Of a stretch of 64,000 nt of DNA, positions 1 through 18,031 are shown piece by piece (the stretch's first letter is position 1; each line of letters starts with the position of its first letter). Where the stretch lies: assembly GCF_009914755.1 (NCBI RefSeq), contig NC_060933.1; one strand, 5' to 3'. A model generated the notes under the pieces. That model was given only the letters and a program-made list of their open reading frames with translations. It was not told where the DNA came from and did no database searches. The position numbers and the translations under genes are program-made. Source of the stretch: the human T2T-CHM13v2.0 reference genome, Homo sapiens.

Positions 1-633
1 TTATATATAAACTCTCACTTTAGATTATTGGTATCATAAGAGTACAACCACTGTATTTTGTCTTTAAATGCATAAGGAAACATAATCTCAGGAAGCAGGA
101 GTAATAAACATTGAAGAAACAGTAACATGGAGTTTCATAGAAATATAAATACATTAGGAGCCATAAGAGCTTGAATTGTTCAACTTTTCTTTGAATAACT
201 ACAAATGTGTGCCAAACTCCAGTATCTTTGCCTTAGACACAAATTTCATCCTGGCTTTAAAAATTAGTATTAGTAATACGTTATTTTTTCCATAAAGAAC
301 TTTGAGTTTGGAGTAAAGCAAGAACAACTGCTATTATTTGCCTGCTAAAATTATATTGTGAATAATTTTGTAGACTTATCCAACAATGTGCTGTCCTGCA
401 TTTTGTGTAACTCTAGGTACTGCAGCTTGTAATCCACCTACTGTTACAAATAATCTCAGGAAGTGAATTACTGTGTTTCTTTGCTGCTGCAGATCCATCC
501 AGAGTTGAGCTATTAATCTGTTTCCTCCAGTCCTTTTTTTTTCATTACATTTGCTTCTATGGTTAATCTTTTTTGTGTTACTTTCTGTTTTTTCTTTTCC
601 ATCAATAGTTATTTGACATCTATTTGTCTTAGG

Positions 634-1119
<486 letters not shown>

Positions 1120-1566
1120 CCTTAAGTTCCTATACTTTGTTACACACTACCTTCACTAGAGATACACTAAGCTTTGTTGGTAGAAGAGAATACAGTATGA
1201 AGAGAACTGGAATAGTGGTCTTCAGGGAATCACCAAATGCTCTTGAGGACCTCATTAAACATATAGGTGGTATAATTAATTATTTTTCCATCTGGATGTT
1301 TCCTTGAGTTGTTGCATTTGCTTTACTTTTATTGCACCTGAGGATGGAGGGAGGGAAGTGGTTTGGTGGGCAGGAGAGTGCACAGACTATGGGGCGTAGA
1401 ACAGTTACCATAAAGTCAGTCAATAGAAACATTTCTAACTGGGCAGGGTGAAGCTCTTTTTCATTTTGGTTTCAATGGATGGAGTGACTTCTCACATTAA
1501 TTACTGATTTGGAATTAGATTGGAGGATGTTAACTGTATTTTTAGGCAGACTTCTGGTTTTGATGA

Positions 1567-1937
1567 GGTATTAGTCTGTTCTCACACTGCTAATAAAGAT
1601 GTACCTGAGACTGGGTAATTTATAAAGGAAAAGAGGTGTAATTGATTCACAATTCCACATGGCTTGGGAGACCTCACAGTCATGGCAGAAGGTGAACGAG
1701 GAGCAAAGTCACATCTTACATTGTGGTAGACAAAAGAGCATGTACAGTGGAACTCGCTTTTATAAAACCATCAGGTCTTGTGAGACTTGTTCACTATCAT
1801 AAGAATGGGGTTGAGGGGCTAAGATTCCTCCCTGTGATTGAGTTACCCCCCAGCTGGGTCCCTCCCACCACATGTGGGGATTATGGGAGCTGCAATTCAA
1901 GATGAGATTTGGGTGGGGACACAGCCAAACCATATTA
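1567..1937 (-). mobile_element. THE1 (THE1C-like) MaLR solo LTR
   Basis: Reverse THE1 LTR (GTATTAGTC...GGGGACACAGCCAAACCATATTA); 5-bp TSD GATGA at 1562-1566 and 1938-1942. Confidence 0.92.
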
Positions 1938-2194
1938 GATGATATATGAATCTACTAATGCATTGTTTTATTGTTATGATAATTATGCTCTTCCCCCCAT
2001 TTTTAGAAATTTTTCTAGAAATAAGAGTATAACAAAGTACAAGTTGATACTGTGTTTTTGTGATTCATTAGATATCATTGGCAAATCATGCATAGATAGA
2101 TTCTGCTTATTCAGTAATCTCTTGAATATTGATTTAACAGCATTTATATTTCATTGTAATTATTTCTGTGTGTCAGTTTGTTGCCTTTTCCATT

Positions 2195-2290
2195 GAACAG
2201 TGGGAGGACCATATTGTGCATATTTTCCACAGTGCTTATTACAGTCGCTGGCACAAAGGCACTGAATAAATGAATGAATAACTGAACAAG
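2195..2290 (+). mobile_element. L2 3' end fragment
   Basis: CTGGCACA...AATAAATGAATGAAT, typical L2 tail. Confidence 0.5.
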
Positions 2291-2328
2291 CAAATGCATG
2301 ATATTATAATACAAGGTAGTGGAAACTA

Positions 2329-2990
<662 letters not shown>

Positions 2991-3064
2991 TCATTCTTTC
3001 AAAAAAAAAAAAAAACCATTTGTTAGCTTTAATCGAATATGTATAAGACCAAGTCCGGATTTAA

Positions 3065-3412
<348 letters not shown>

Positions 3413-3432
3413 TAACCTCTCTACTAGAATAA

Positions 3433-3775
<343 letters not shown>

Positions 3776-3894
3776 TCTTAGAACATTTTCCTAAGTGACT
3801 TTTCTTAAAATAATTAATTTCAACCTTTGATCCCATGTATTGAGAGAATACCACATTTTTTTTCATGTGAAGTGAAAATTTGAAACTATGACAG

Positions 3895-6800
3895 TAGGAA
3901 TTTAGGTTAAATGTGATGGGTTAAGCATAAGTATTTATCTTTACCTCCTCCCCAAATCCCACTAAAATGACTAGTAGAGTTTTAAAAGTGTAGAAGCACC
4001 TAAAGAGAAGTAGAGAAAAGGTGACAGTGGATGACAGATGTTAGTAAATTCTAGAATGATGTAAGGTGAATTGATAAGTGGTAACTGACTTAGCAGAATG
4101 GGGAAAGTTGAAATACATAGAATGTAGAAATTTCTAGTAATAGGTTACATCAGTAATCTGTGATGGTTGGAGTGAAGGATGAGGCTACAAAATGGGAAAA
4201 TTGAATTAAAGTCTATATAAGGAGCATGTAGACTCTCTGGTCCTCCTCTCATTAAGGCAGGAGGCAGGAAGTTTATTTCCTTGAAAAATTGAAATAAGTA
4301 TCTTCTGGACTTAGGGACCTCAGGCATATCAAGGTACAGGATTAGCTATTATGAAAACTGGGGGAATAAGTGAATGCCTATTCTACTGAACAGTGGGACA
4401 CTAACTGAATTATTCAGCCTCAGAGTTGCTGGAAGCAGAGTCCTGATCTATCCAGTCATAAGACAAAATAATTCTTCTCTGGAGAAACTAAGCATCCCTA
4501 GAGAAACAACAGAGACACACTGACAGGTCCTAACAAAATGACACTTCCCCCACACTGTTAACTATAGAGACCTTTGGGCAAGCCCTCCACCCCCATCCTA
4601 GGTCAAGTAAAACTATCCAACATCATTTTTAGTTCCTCATTCTTAAATATGAATGTGAAACAAATGATCATAAGACATTTGAGTAAAACTTTTAATATGA
4701 AGGATAAGAAACCAGAAGTAACAGAAAAATGGAGTTCAGAGAAGACAGAGATATGCTGAATAAAACAAAGGAAAAAACTCCTATGATTAATATTGTAAGA
4801 CATGTAAGGGAAAATTTGGTGGATGTGAAACATGAACAGGTGACAAAAAAAGAGAAAGAGTACTTGGAAATTAAATAAATATAACAATAAATGATTGTCA
4901 AAATAAAAAATTAACTAGAGGGGCTAGAAGACGAGGTTGAATAAATATTCCAAAGATTATAACAGAGACAAAGGAGTAGTAAATAGGAGCAAAAGGAAAA
5001 GAATAAGAATCAATATAGGTGCTATAACAGTCATTAATAGGAATTTCAGTAGCAGAGAACAGAGAAAAATGGACATTTTAAAGGAAGTAATTCAAGAAAA
5101 TTTTCAAATTCAGGCTCAGGAGTTTAGGATTGAAAGCATCCATTGATTGTCCAGCACAAAGAACTATTGCAAGGCACATTATTATGCAATTTTAGAATGT
5201 TGGAGATAGTGAGATCATGAAACCTCTTAGAGGGGAAAAAATACAGCCACATACATAGAGTTAATAATTAGAATAACAGTGATTGTCTCAATTGCTAGAA
5301 GCTGGAAGACATGGAGCAATGCTTTTGTAATTCTGGGAGATAAATTGTTTTCAACCTAAAATTCTATAACCAGCCAGATATTAATCAAGTTTAAAGTAAT
5401 AATAAAGACGTTTTCTGTAACACATGGTCTCACATCTCCCATTACATATTCTTAGGAGGCCACCGGAAGATGTGTACCACCAAAACGAAGAATATACCAA
5501 AAAAGATAAAAAGTTGGGATTGAGAAAATGTGAGATCCAACACATGAATAATATAAAGATATTCCAAGGTGAAGATGAAAGAAGATTGAGAAGACTTGGT
5601 AGCAGTAGTTCTCAATGAAGCAGGACTACAGCAGTTCTTTAAGAAGGATGACTCTGAAAAAATTAGCAGTGATAGATTGTAATGTTTTTGAGAAAGATAT
5701 TTCATACTTTTTGAGAATTTTAGAAAGGATTAGTGATAAGTAAACAGAAAACTGCACAAATAAAAGTGACATAATTTTTGTTTTTTAAAAAAGGTAAAAG
5801 AGCTTTATTAACATTTCTCTCCATTACATTAATTAACACAACTACTAAATCATCACTTACTTGCAGGATTCCAAATGTGATGCCATATTGATTGTAAGGG
5901 GTATGTGTAAGTTTCTTGAGAGTTCCTACTCTAGATGAGTTCACTTTAAAAAAATTCTTTTCAATATCCTGTTCTTTCTCATCTCTCAGTTTTGCCTCTT
6001 ATCTTTCACATGAGGAATGAGAAAAGCTGTCTATACTGATTTTCTTTTGAGATCCACACACAATTCAAGGACCAAAAGGTCAGCATAAATTTATGCTTCT
6101 CTTAGCAAGCATGTGTTTAATGTCAGAAGGAAGGGAAGGTGCATAGGCTGTTAAGGCCTGATAGAACCTAAAAGGCAGAATATACCAAAGGTATTTGTAG
6201 GGGCACTAGAATGCAAGCAAGACATTTTCTGCTCTGATGTTAACAGTTGTCAGTAAGTGAAAAATTCTACAATGAGGTATAGCATGTGTATCTTCACGGT
6301 GAGATTAATGCAGTCAGCTAAACAGTGAGGTTGTTAATAACAGAGTGATGCAATTTTTAACTGTTCAGAAAAAACAAAAAGTTATATATGAAAGGAAGTG
6401 TCATCATAGTACACCGTGTTGCTTAGCTGTGAACCATACATAATAAGTATTATGTTAAAAAACTAGACTAAAAATCAGGATTTACACCTGCCATGTAAAC
6501 ACTGGTCAGACGGCACAGCCCCCAGAAGTGCTGGGGTAGTGTACCCTGAGGAAAACTCACAGAGAGGGGCTCCCTGGCAAGTGTGTAGGTACTCCATTGT
6601 CCTCTTCCTTCTGGGGCAGTATAAAGCAGTCTGACAAGATTACACATGTCAGACTCTGGGAAAATTACCCCGTCACTTCTGGTATGATGAGAGACTGGGA
6701 GACACATTATAAAATGTATATAATAGTTTTTGCTATTCAAATATGTTTATTTCCTGAGTGTGACTAGTAAAAAGTTAGATAATAAGGCATGTTGAGTTAT

Positions 6801-7190
6801 TGGAATCCTCTTTTGATTCTATGTGTTGGTTAGCAGATAGCAAATATTATAATAGCAAGGGATACTAGCCCTCTCAAACACACAAAAGAAAATCTGTCTA
6901 AATGTGTTTAGATCCAAGCGCTATCAATGTTGGGAGGAAATGGGTAAGAAGGAAAAAGATTATGTTCCTGTCTTTCTTGATGTTAGTTAGCAAAGAAAGT
7001 AAAAAAAGAAAAAAGTTATATCCCCAAATTTAAGAAATAAGTAATATATGACCTAATGAATACATTTATGGATGGTACTTGGGACTGCTTTTTTGGTGGT
7101 GGTGGTTGTTTTTTGGTTATGTCTTAATAACTGTGTTTAAGTTGAAAAAATAACATGTAACTTGGATGATATTAAGAATTAAATAAAAAT
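3895..7190 (+). mobile_element. HAL1 (half-L1) relic, interrupted by later insertions
   Basis: Decayed ORF1-like region (CAACCTAAAATTCTATAACCAGCCA) and HAL1-type motifs GGAAGATGTGTACCACCAAAA...GATCCAACAC and AAAAACAAAAAGTT...ATCATAGTACAC. Confidence 0.7.
5780..6343 (-). pseudogene. Putative retroposed mRNA 3'-end fragment (source gene unknown)
   Basis: T-tract 5775-5786; minus-strand AATAAA (TTTATT 5804-5809) 17 nt from the tail; degenerate 15-bp TSD AGTGACATAATTTTT (5765) / AGTGATGCAATTTTT (6344); interrupts otherwise continuous HAL1. Confidence 0.6.
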
Positions 7191-7638
7191 ATGTGACTGT
7201 TCATGCTGATTCTGTATGTGATCTTCGATTAATTTGACAGTTGCATATAAGTTAGCATAGCAGATTTTTAGGCTATTTATTATTTTGAAACTCTTAAGTT
7301 TACTTGTTGAATAAATGTCCTGTATAGCAACATTTATTAACCACAGGTATCTATTTATTTTGTTATACTTTATATACCATTTATGATAAAGACCTTTTTT
7401 TTCAGTTTTGGTTTATTTGAAACCATAGATGGCTCTATTGAATAAGGATTATGAATAAGAGTGGGTTATAGTAGAGTAGGTGATGAATTGTGAAGTTTTG
7501 TGTTGGATCTAGTGAAGGTGATAGTTTTACCGAAAGACCAGGTCAGCAACAAATTACAGGGGCAGGAGTTATGGAAAGTTTGTTCACTGCCGTAGTCTGG
7601 CATCCATTTTTTACCTTTTATTTGAATAGATTTAGAGT

Positions 7639-7935
7639 CTTTTTATTTTTTAAGTGACCGCATCTTGCTTTGTCACCCAGGATAGAGTATAGTGGTGTGA
7701 TCATAGCTCACTGCAGCCTCGAATCTCTGGGCTCAACTGATTCTCCTGCCTCAGCCTCCCAAGTAGCTAGGACTACAGGTGTGCACCCAACATGTTTGTC
7801 TAATTTTTTAAAAATTTTGTACACATGGGGTCTTGCTGTTTTGCCAGGCTGTTCTTGAACTCCTGGGTTCAAGCATCCTCTTGCCTCAGCCTTAGAAAGT
7901 GCTGGGGTTACAGGTCTGAGCCACCACACTTGGCC
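7639..7935 (-). mobile_element. AluJ-like SINE
   Basis: Diverged reverse Alu (GATCATAGCTCACTGCAGCCTCG); TSD-like TTAGAGTCTT/TTAGAATCTT. Confidence 0.9.
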
Positions 7936-8114
7936 TTAGAATCTTGAGTAATCCTAAACCTGATAGAACATAATGACAGCCTTGTGAATATTAGGGGTCT
8001 CTTTTGATTGCTCCAGATATCCTTGGTACATTCCTTTGAATTGTTGAATATGGTTCTCACTCTAGTTCTATGAATTGAAATCAAATATTAAACTGGAGAT
8101 TATAAAATCTTTGA

Positions 8115-11100
8115 CAAGACCGATGTCAAGGAGCTTTTCCCTATTGTTTTTTCTAGTTTTGTGATTTCAAGTCTTAGGATTAAGCCTTTAATCCATTTTG
8201 AGTTGATTTTTGTGTATGGCATAAGATAAGGGTCCAATTTTATTCTTCCACATGTAGCTATCTAGTTTTCTCGGTACCATTTATTGAAGAGACTTTCCTT
8301 TGCACATTGTGTATTCTTGGCACCTTTGTTGAAAGCTAGTTGACCATTTGTGTATGGATTTTTTTCAGATTCTCTATTCTGTTCAATTGGTCTGTTTATC
8401 TGTGTTTATGCCAGTACCGTGCTGTTTTGATTACTATAGCTTTGTAATCTGATTTGAAATCAGGAAGTGTGATGCTTCAGCTTTGTTCTTATTGCTGAAG
8501 ATTGCTTTAGCTAGTCATGATCTTTTGCAGTTCCATATGAATTTTATGACTTTTTTTCACTTGTATGAAAAATGCCATTGGAATTTTGATAGGGTTTACA
8601 TTGAATCTGTAGATTGTTTTGGGTAATATGTATATTTTAGCAATAACCATCCTTCGAATCCATGAGCTATTTTTCCAGTTATTTGTGTCTTTAATTTCTT
8701 TCATCAATGTTTTATAGTTTTCAGTTATAGATCTTTCATGTAGTTGGTTAGATGTATTTCTAAGTATTTATTTTTGATTCTGTTGTTAATGGGATTGTTT
8801 TATTAATTTCTTTTTCAGAGAGTATGTTTTAGTGTTATAGAAACACAACTGATTTTCATATGCTGATTTTGTATTCTGAAACTTAACTAAATTTGTTTAC
8901 TAGTTTCTAACAGTTTTTTGTTTTGGAAGGAGTCTTTAATTTTCTTTATATAAGATTGTGTTGTATAAAGACAGTGGCAGTTTTACTTCTTCCTTTCTAA
9001 TTTGGATGGCCTTTCTTTCTTTTTCTTGCTTAATTGCTTTGGGTAGGACTTCCAGTAGTATATTGAATAAAAGTGGCAAGAGTGGGTTCTCCTGATGGTG
9101 TTCCCTAAGTACTGTAGTCTTTCTTTACTTTTACATTCCTTTTTACATTCTTTCTGTTCCTCTAACTGGGTAATTTCAAATTATCTGTTTTTCAGTTCAC
9201 AGATTCTTCTGCTTGATTAAATCTGATGTTGACACTATTTCATTTTGCATTTCATTGTTATATTCCTCAGCTTCGGAATTTGTTTCTTTTTAATGATTTT
9301 TATCTGTCTGTTTTCATTCTTTTGTTCATGTATTGTTTTCTTTATATATCATTTAATCATCCATCTGTGTTCTCTTGTAGCTCGGTGGGCTTCCTTGAAA
9401 CAATTAGACTCATTTTCCTCATTACAATGTTTTGGTCAATGATGGACTATATATCTGATGGTAGTCCCATAAGATTATAATACCGTATTTTTACTGTACT
9501 TTTTCTATGTTTAGATATGTTTACATGCACAAATACTTACCATTGTGTTACAGTTGCCTATAGTATTCAGTACAGTAACATGCTGTACAGGTTTGTAGCT
9601 TGAGAGTTATAGACTGTACCATATAGCCTAGGTGTGTAGTAGTCTATATCATTTAGGTTTATGTGAGTACACTCTGTGACGTTTGCACAAGGACAGAATC
9701 ACCTAATGATGCATTTCTTGGAATGAATCCTTGTTGTTAAGTTACACGTGACTGTATTTTGAATGCTTTGACAATTCAAATATCTGCACATCTTTGGGAT
9801 TGGTTACTGGAAAATTGTCATTTTGTTTTTTGGTGGCATTTTGTTTTTTGGTGGCATCTTGTTTTTGGTTTTTTTGTGTTTGTTGCCTTGCATTGATATC
9901 TGTGCATTTATTGGAGCAGTCACTTCTAGACTTTACACATTGATTTCAGTGGCCAAAGACTTTCACCTACAGATGGGTACAAGAGTGCTGGCTGGATGAG
10001 GTGCCATGGTTCCAAGCTTTGGTGAGGATACAGTGGTATAGTCTCCATGCAGTTTTGTCAGCTGAAGTCAGTATCTGCTAAGATTGTAGGAGTCCTCAGC
10101 AGCCAAGGCTGCGTGTGTTACAAGGTGTCTGCAGGGGGAGCGAGGGCTTTTGGGTTCTTTGATGGCCAGGGCTGCTGAGGTCTTCCTGATCTCTTTTTCT
10201 CTTGTGCAGGAAGTTGTGGTTGAGGGTATCCCTCTTGGTGCTGGGTCTAGCTTAGCACAGTGCCTATGGAGTGGCCATGGAGCTGATGTTTGGAGCTCAG
10301 GCATGTGTGGAGGGAGGGATGGTGACTCCAGGGTCTGGGGTAGCAGTGGTTCTAGTATCCAGGGCACAGGCACCCCCACCGGTTTGGTAATGGTATGTAC
10401 AGTATGGGTGCTCGTGGAATAGCTAGGGAGCCAGGGTCCAAAGTGTGGTTATGTGCAAAGTTATAGGTAGCTCCAGGGTCCAGGACATTGTTACTCTCCC
10501 TGTGGTGGTGGCTTCAGTGTCCTAGGTGCAAGCACATTAGAGTAGCCATGGAGCCAGGGTCCATAGTGCAGTTGTGTGCAGAGTGAACAGTGGCTTTAAG
10601 ATCTGGGCACAGGCTAGCCTGCTGTGTTGGTGGCTTCAATGTTTGAGGCATGGATACTCATGGATCGGCCATTGAGCTGGGGTTTGGAGTGCAGGTGAAT
10701 AGTGCAGCTGTAGTTCTGGGATCTGTTGCATATGTGAGGTTGCGGCGGGTGGCAGCTTCTTCTAGGGGGTGGTTATGGCTACTGTTTATCTCAGTGGTGA
10801 AAGCTGCTGGTGTCCTCTGAGGAGCAGGTTGCTGGAGTTTGTACCTATGAACACTAAGGAGACAAAATGCAGAGAGTCTGTGACTGCTTTTGGGACTGTT
10901 AAGCTCCTTAGCAGTAATGGCTGCAAGAGTAATCTGCAGAGTAGGCTGTTGGGGACCATGGTAGCACCTGCTGTGTAGCTGATACTGATTTTCCTACACT
11001 TCTTCTTTGTTCCTAGTTGTCCCCAGACATTTTAGGTTTTATGGAATACCCCATCCATCCTTTCTGTGCAGTTATTCACCAATTTTTCCTCCATTTTTCT

Positions 11101-11228
11101 TGTGTAGATTCTTATTTAGACTCTTGAGACCTCTTTGGGCTATTTTGCTTATGGATAACTTTCTAGTTATTTTTAGGGGAGGAAGACGAAGGCTGGTATT
11201 TCTTACTCTGTCATCTTGCTGTATACTG
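8115..11228 (-). mobile_element. Old L1M element: ORF2 fragment joined to ORF1/5'UTR region (large internal deletion near 9090)
   Basis: ORF 8507-8707 matches L1 ORF2 RT C-terminus ([21 protein letters not shown]); GC-rich 5'UTR; ends in reverse CAAGATGACAGAGT, L1 5'-end-like. Confidence 0.8.
9407..9754 (+). mobile_element. Tigger3a-like TcMar DNA transposon
   Basis: Matches Tigger3a body (GTCCCATAAGATTATAATACCGTATTTTTACTGTAC...CACGTGACTG); flanked by TA at 9405-9406 and 9755-9756. Confidence 0.88.
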
Positions 11229-13051
11229 CCTTTAAATAATATATTTTTCATAATTGTAAAAAGTTTTAATGCCTAACATTTTTCTATTTTCATTTTTATT
11301 TCCTGGATATTATTCTAAAATTGCCTAATTTAAAAAAAGGGAAATTTTACTTAGAAAAGGCTGAACTTAGTAAAATACATAATAGGTCAAATATAAACTT
11401 CTAGGTTTCAGTGCACTTTATTGCTAAGTCTACTTATAAGTGTGTACACATTCCTTCATAAACTATTTGATCTGACTAGCCTTTACATCAAGGCCTCCAA
11501 CATGATTAATATCATATTTATTTATGCTGATGTTTCATCTTTGATATCATATACTATAAGGGAATCACTCAGGGAAACCTGAGGGAAAAGCTTTTTGAAT
11601 TTTGGAAAAAATAATGGTTATATCCTGTTGGAAGATTTCTACAAATTTTTTGTGGAGAAAAGGAAAGTTAATGGCTTCAGCATCAGTGAAGACCAGCATA
11701 TTAATTTCAAAGAAGTCACTGTCAAAAAGAACGAATAGTACATCTTTTATCATTTATTGGAAAGCCAGAAATGTTGAGTACTACCTAAACATTATGAGTA
11801 TGAAGTTATAGCTATAATGCTGAATAATAATATCTAATATTTGTATATTACTTTAATTTTAATGTAAAATATCTCATTGGAAATTTCATGTCTTCTAACC
11901 TGATAGATGAATAGTAAACAAATTAGGGTATACATTTTCTTAATCACCAGTGTTATGAAGACAGATTTGTCCTTTAACATAATAACTTTATGAAATACAT
12001 GTGCGTATGCATATTTAATTTTAAAAATAGTTTCTACCATTTGATACCCTGATGCGTCTTATTTTAAGGAAACAATTTATGTAAAACTTGTTTTCTTGTT
12101 TCTGCCATAGTCTTAAAATAGGGGTATTGTAGAAGCGTGGACAGATGCTTATCACTCTTGAGCTCATAAGGGTTAATCCGTGGCTGAAATTATGGTATTA
12201 AAAGTTTTCAACATTCTTATTCCTGATTTTTTTTTCTTAAATTGGAATTGTAACGGTGATTCACAGTAATTAAGTCAGAAATTTGCTTTCTTCTCATCAA
12301 AACAAAGAAACATTGTTGGAGAAGACTAGTGGAAGACTTAAAGGGTGTTTTCAATTGATTTTAGGGTCAGCGATTTTTTAAGGAAATAGTAGGTAGCCAT
12401 TTTTTAAAAATTAAACTTTTCATTTTGAGATAATTGTAGATTCACATGCAGTTACAGGAAATAATACAGAGATTTGGCATATGCTTGAACCATTTCTTTC
12501 CAATAATAACATCTTGCAAAACTATAGTACAGTATGAAGACAGGATATTGACATTTATACAGTCAATGCAGAACAATTCTGTCACCATAAGGACCCCTTT
12601 TATAACCCCACTCACTTCACTCTTTATGCTCCACACCCTAGCCTGTTTGTAAATCCTGGCAGCTGCTTATTTGTTCTCCATTTTTGTAATTTTATCATTT
12701 CTAAAATGTTGTATAAATGGAATCAGACAGCATGTAACTTTTTAGTATAGGCTTTTCATTCAGCATAATTCTCTGGTGATTCTTTCAAATTTTTGTATAT
12801 ATCAGTAGTTCATTTATTTTTATTGCTGAAGAGTGTCCCATAGTATGGATGTACCACAGTTTAGCCATTCACTTGTTGAAGGACATCTGGGTTGTTTCCA
12901 GTTTTTGACTATTATGAATTAGTTGCTATGAATATTTGTGTACATACTTTTTTGTTGTAAACCTAAGTTTTTATTTATCTGGGATAAATGGCCAGGAGTG
13001 TAATTGCTGGGCCATGTGATTGTTATAGCCTTAGTTTGTTAAGAAATTGCC

Positions 13052-13375
<324 letters not shown>

Positions 13376-15765
13376 TCAGAGTGTCTATACCATTTTACAT
13401 TTTATCCAGCAATGTGTGAGAGTGATTTGGTTTATCTGCTTCTTCACCAGTATTTGGTGTCACTATGTTTTCTTTTAGCCATTCTGCTGATGTATAGTTA
13501 TACCTCATTGAAGTTTTAATTTGCATTTCTCATGGTTAATGATGTTGAACATCTTTTCCTGTATTCATTTGCCATCTGAATGTCCTCTTCGATGAGGACA
13601 TGTCTTTTGCCCATTTCCTATTTGGATTTCAAAAAATTACTGTTGAGTTTTCAAAGTTCTTTTCATATCCCAGATACTGGTCTTTTGTCAACTATGTGGT
13701 TTGCAAATATTGTCTCCCAGTCTATAGCTTGTGTTTCATCCTCTTAACAAGGTCTTTTGTAGAACAAAATTTAAAATTTTGATGAAGTCCAATTTTAATT
13801 TTTTCTTCAATGGGTATGTTTTTGGCGTCAAATTGAGATTTTGTTTTTGCCTAGCTCTAGAGACCAAAGATTTTCTCTTATTTTTTTTCCTAAAAGTTTT
13901 ATAGTTTTATGTTTTGTACTTAAGTTCACAATCCATTTTGAGTTACTATTTGTTTAAGAAGAGATTTAAGGAGGTCAAGTTTCTTTTCTTTTTTTGCCTG
14001 TGGATGTCTAATTCTTCTAGCACAATTTGTTAAAAGTATCGTCCTCTTCCCATTGAACTATTTTGCATCTTTGTCTAAAATCACTTGGGTATATTTGCAT
14101 GGTTGTATTTCTTGGTTCTTCATTCTGTTCTATTGATCTATAGGTCTGTTTTCTGTCAATACCATACCATCTTGATTACTATAGCTATATAATGCATCTT
14201 AAAATCTGCTAGAATGATTTCTCCTGCTTTTTCTTCCTTTTCAAAATTGTTTTAGATATTTCAGTCCTGTGCTTTTCCATGAAGTTTAGAAGACTCTTGT
14301 CTCTATTTTTTAAAAATCTTGTTCAGGTTTTGAGTTGAACCTAGATATCAATTTGGGGGAGAATTGTTGACTCCTAATCCATGGACATAAGATGTCTCTC
14401 CATTTATTTAGATCTTCTTTGATTGCTTTCACTACCATTTTGTAGTTTTCAGCATGCAAGTCCTATATATTGTTAGATTTACACCTATGTATTTAAACTT
14501 TTTGGTATGATGGTAAATGATACTGTATTTTTATGTTTAGTGTCCGTGTTTGCATTACTAATATATAGAATAAGGATTTCCGTGTGCACTTATTATTTCT
14601 AAGATTTTATTTTTTTAATGATCCCTTGATTTTTCTACATAATCATGTTAATTATCTATTGTAATTATCTATTGTAATTGTAAGCAAGTGGAGTTTTATT
14701 TCTTCCTTTCTGATATGTGTGCCTTTTATTTTATTTTATTTTCCCTTATTGTGTTGGCTATATTTTCCAGTACTATGTTGAGTAAGAGTGGTGAGAGTGG
14801 CCATCATTGCCCTGCTCCTATTTTAGAGAGAAATCAGTCTTTCACTAAATGGTCCCTGCAAGTTTTTTGTAAATTTTTTTTTTATCAAGTTGAGGAAATT
14901 TTCTGTTCCTAGATTGCTGATAATTTTTTTTTTATCATGAATGGGCATTTGATTCCATGAAATGCTTGTACTGCATCACTTGATATGACCAGGAGATTTT
15001 TCTTCTTCAGACTGTTGATATGGTGGAATACATGGATTTATTTTTGAATACTGAACCAGCTTTGCCTACTGGAATAAATTTCACTTGGTCGTGGAGTACA
15101 ATTATACATTGCTAAATACTATTTGCTAATGTTTTGTTAAGGATTGATTGCATCTCTAATCATGAGGGATATTGGTGTATAGCTTTCTTTTATTGTACTA
15201 TCTTTGGTTTTTATATCAGAGATAAGTAGCTTCATAAAATGAATCAGGAAGTGGTGCTTTCTCTTCTGTTTTCTGGAACAAATTGTGTAGAGTTGATGTT
15301 ATTCTTCTTCAAATATTTGGTGGAATTCTTTAGTAAATTATCTGAACCTGGAGGGTTCTTTTCTGGGAGTTTCCAAATTGCCAATTCGCTTTCCTTAATA
15401 GTTATAGGATTGTTCAGTTATCTATTTCATGTTGGTGAAGTGTGGTAGTTTGTGCATCTTGAGGAACTGGTTTTTCTAAGTTGTCAAATTTATGTGTATA
15501 GCGTTGTTCACAGTTTTTTCTTGTTATGGTTTTATGTCTGCAGTGTCTGTTGATAATCCTGTTTCTTGATATTGATAACAGATGTGTCTTTTCCCTATTT
15601 TTTTCCCTTGTCAGTCTGCTAGAAGTTTTTGCAAAGTATTGCACTTCCAAAAAGTTCTTAGTTTCATTGATTTTCTCTATTATTTTTCTGTTTTCTATTA
15701 TGTTGATTTCTGCTTTTTATTATTTCCTTTTTGTTGTTATCTCTGTCAATAATTTTCAGTTTCTT

Positions 15766-17585
<1,820 letters not shown>

Positions 17586-17600
17586 GAAGTGTAGATTATT

Positions 17601-18031
<431 letters not shown>

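Noticed and set aside
82-463. 14-bp direct repeat ATAATCTCAGGAAG at 82 and 450 as a possible TSD
   Set aside because: No poly(A), termini or element features between the copies; plausible by chance in AT-rich DNA
3001-3015. Isolated A15 run 30 bp after an Alu tail, possible 3' transduction
   Set aside because: The Alu TSD-like TTGATCT lies before it and no second TSD is evident
11583-11740. Short open frame with EF-hand-like look (KNNGYILLEDFYKFF)
   Set aside because: Bounded by stops, no ATG, no convincing splice sites and no canonical first Asp; likely chance
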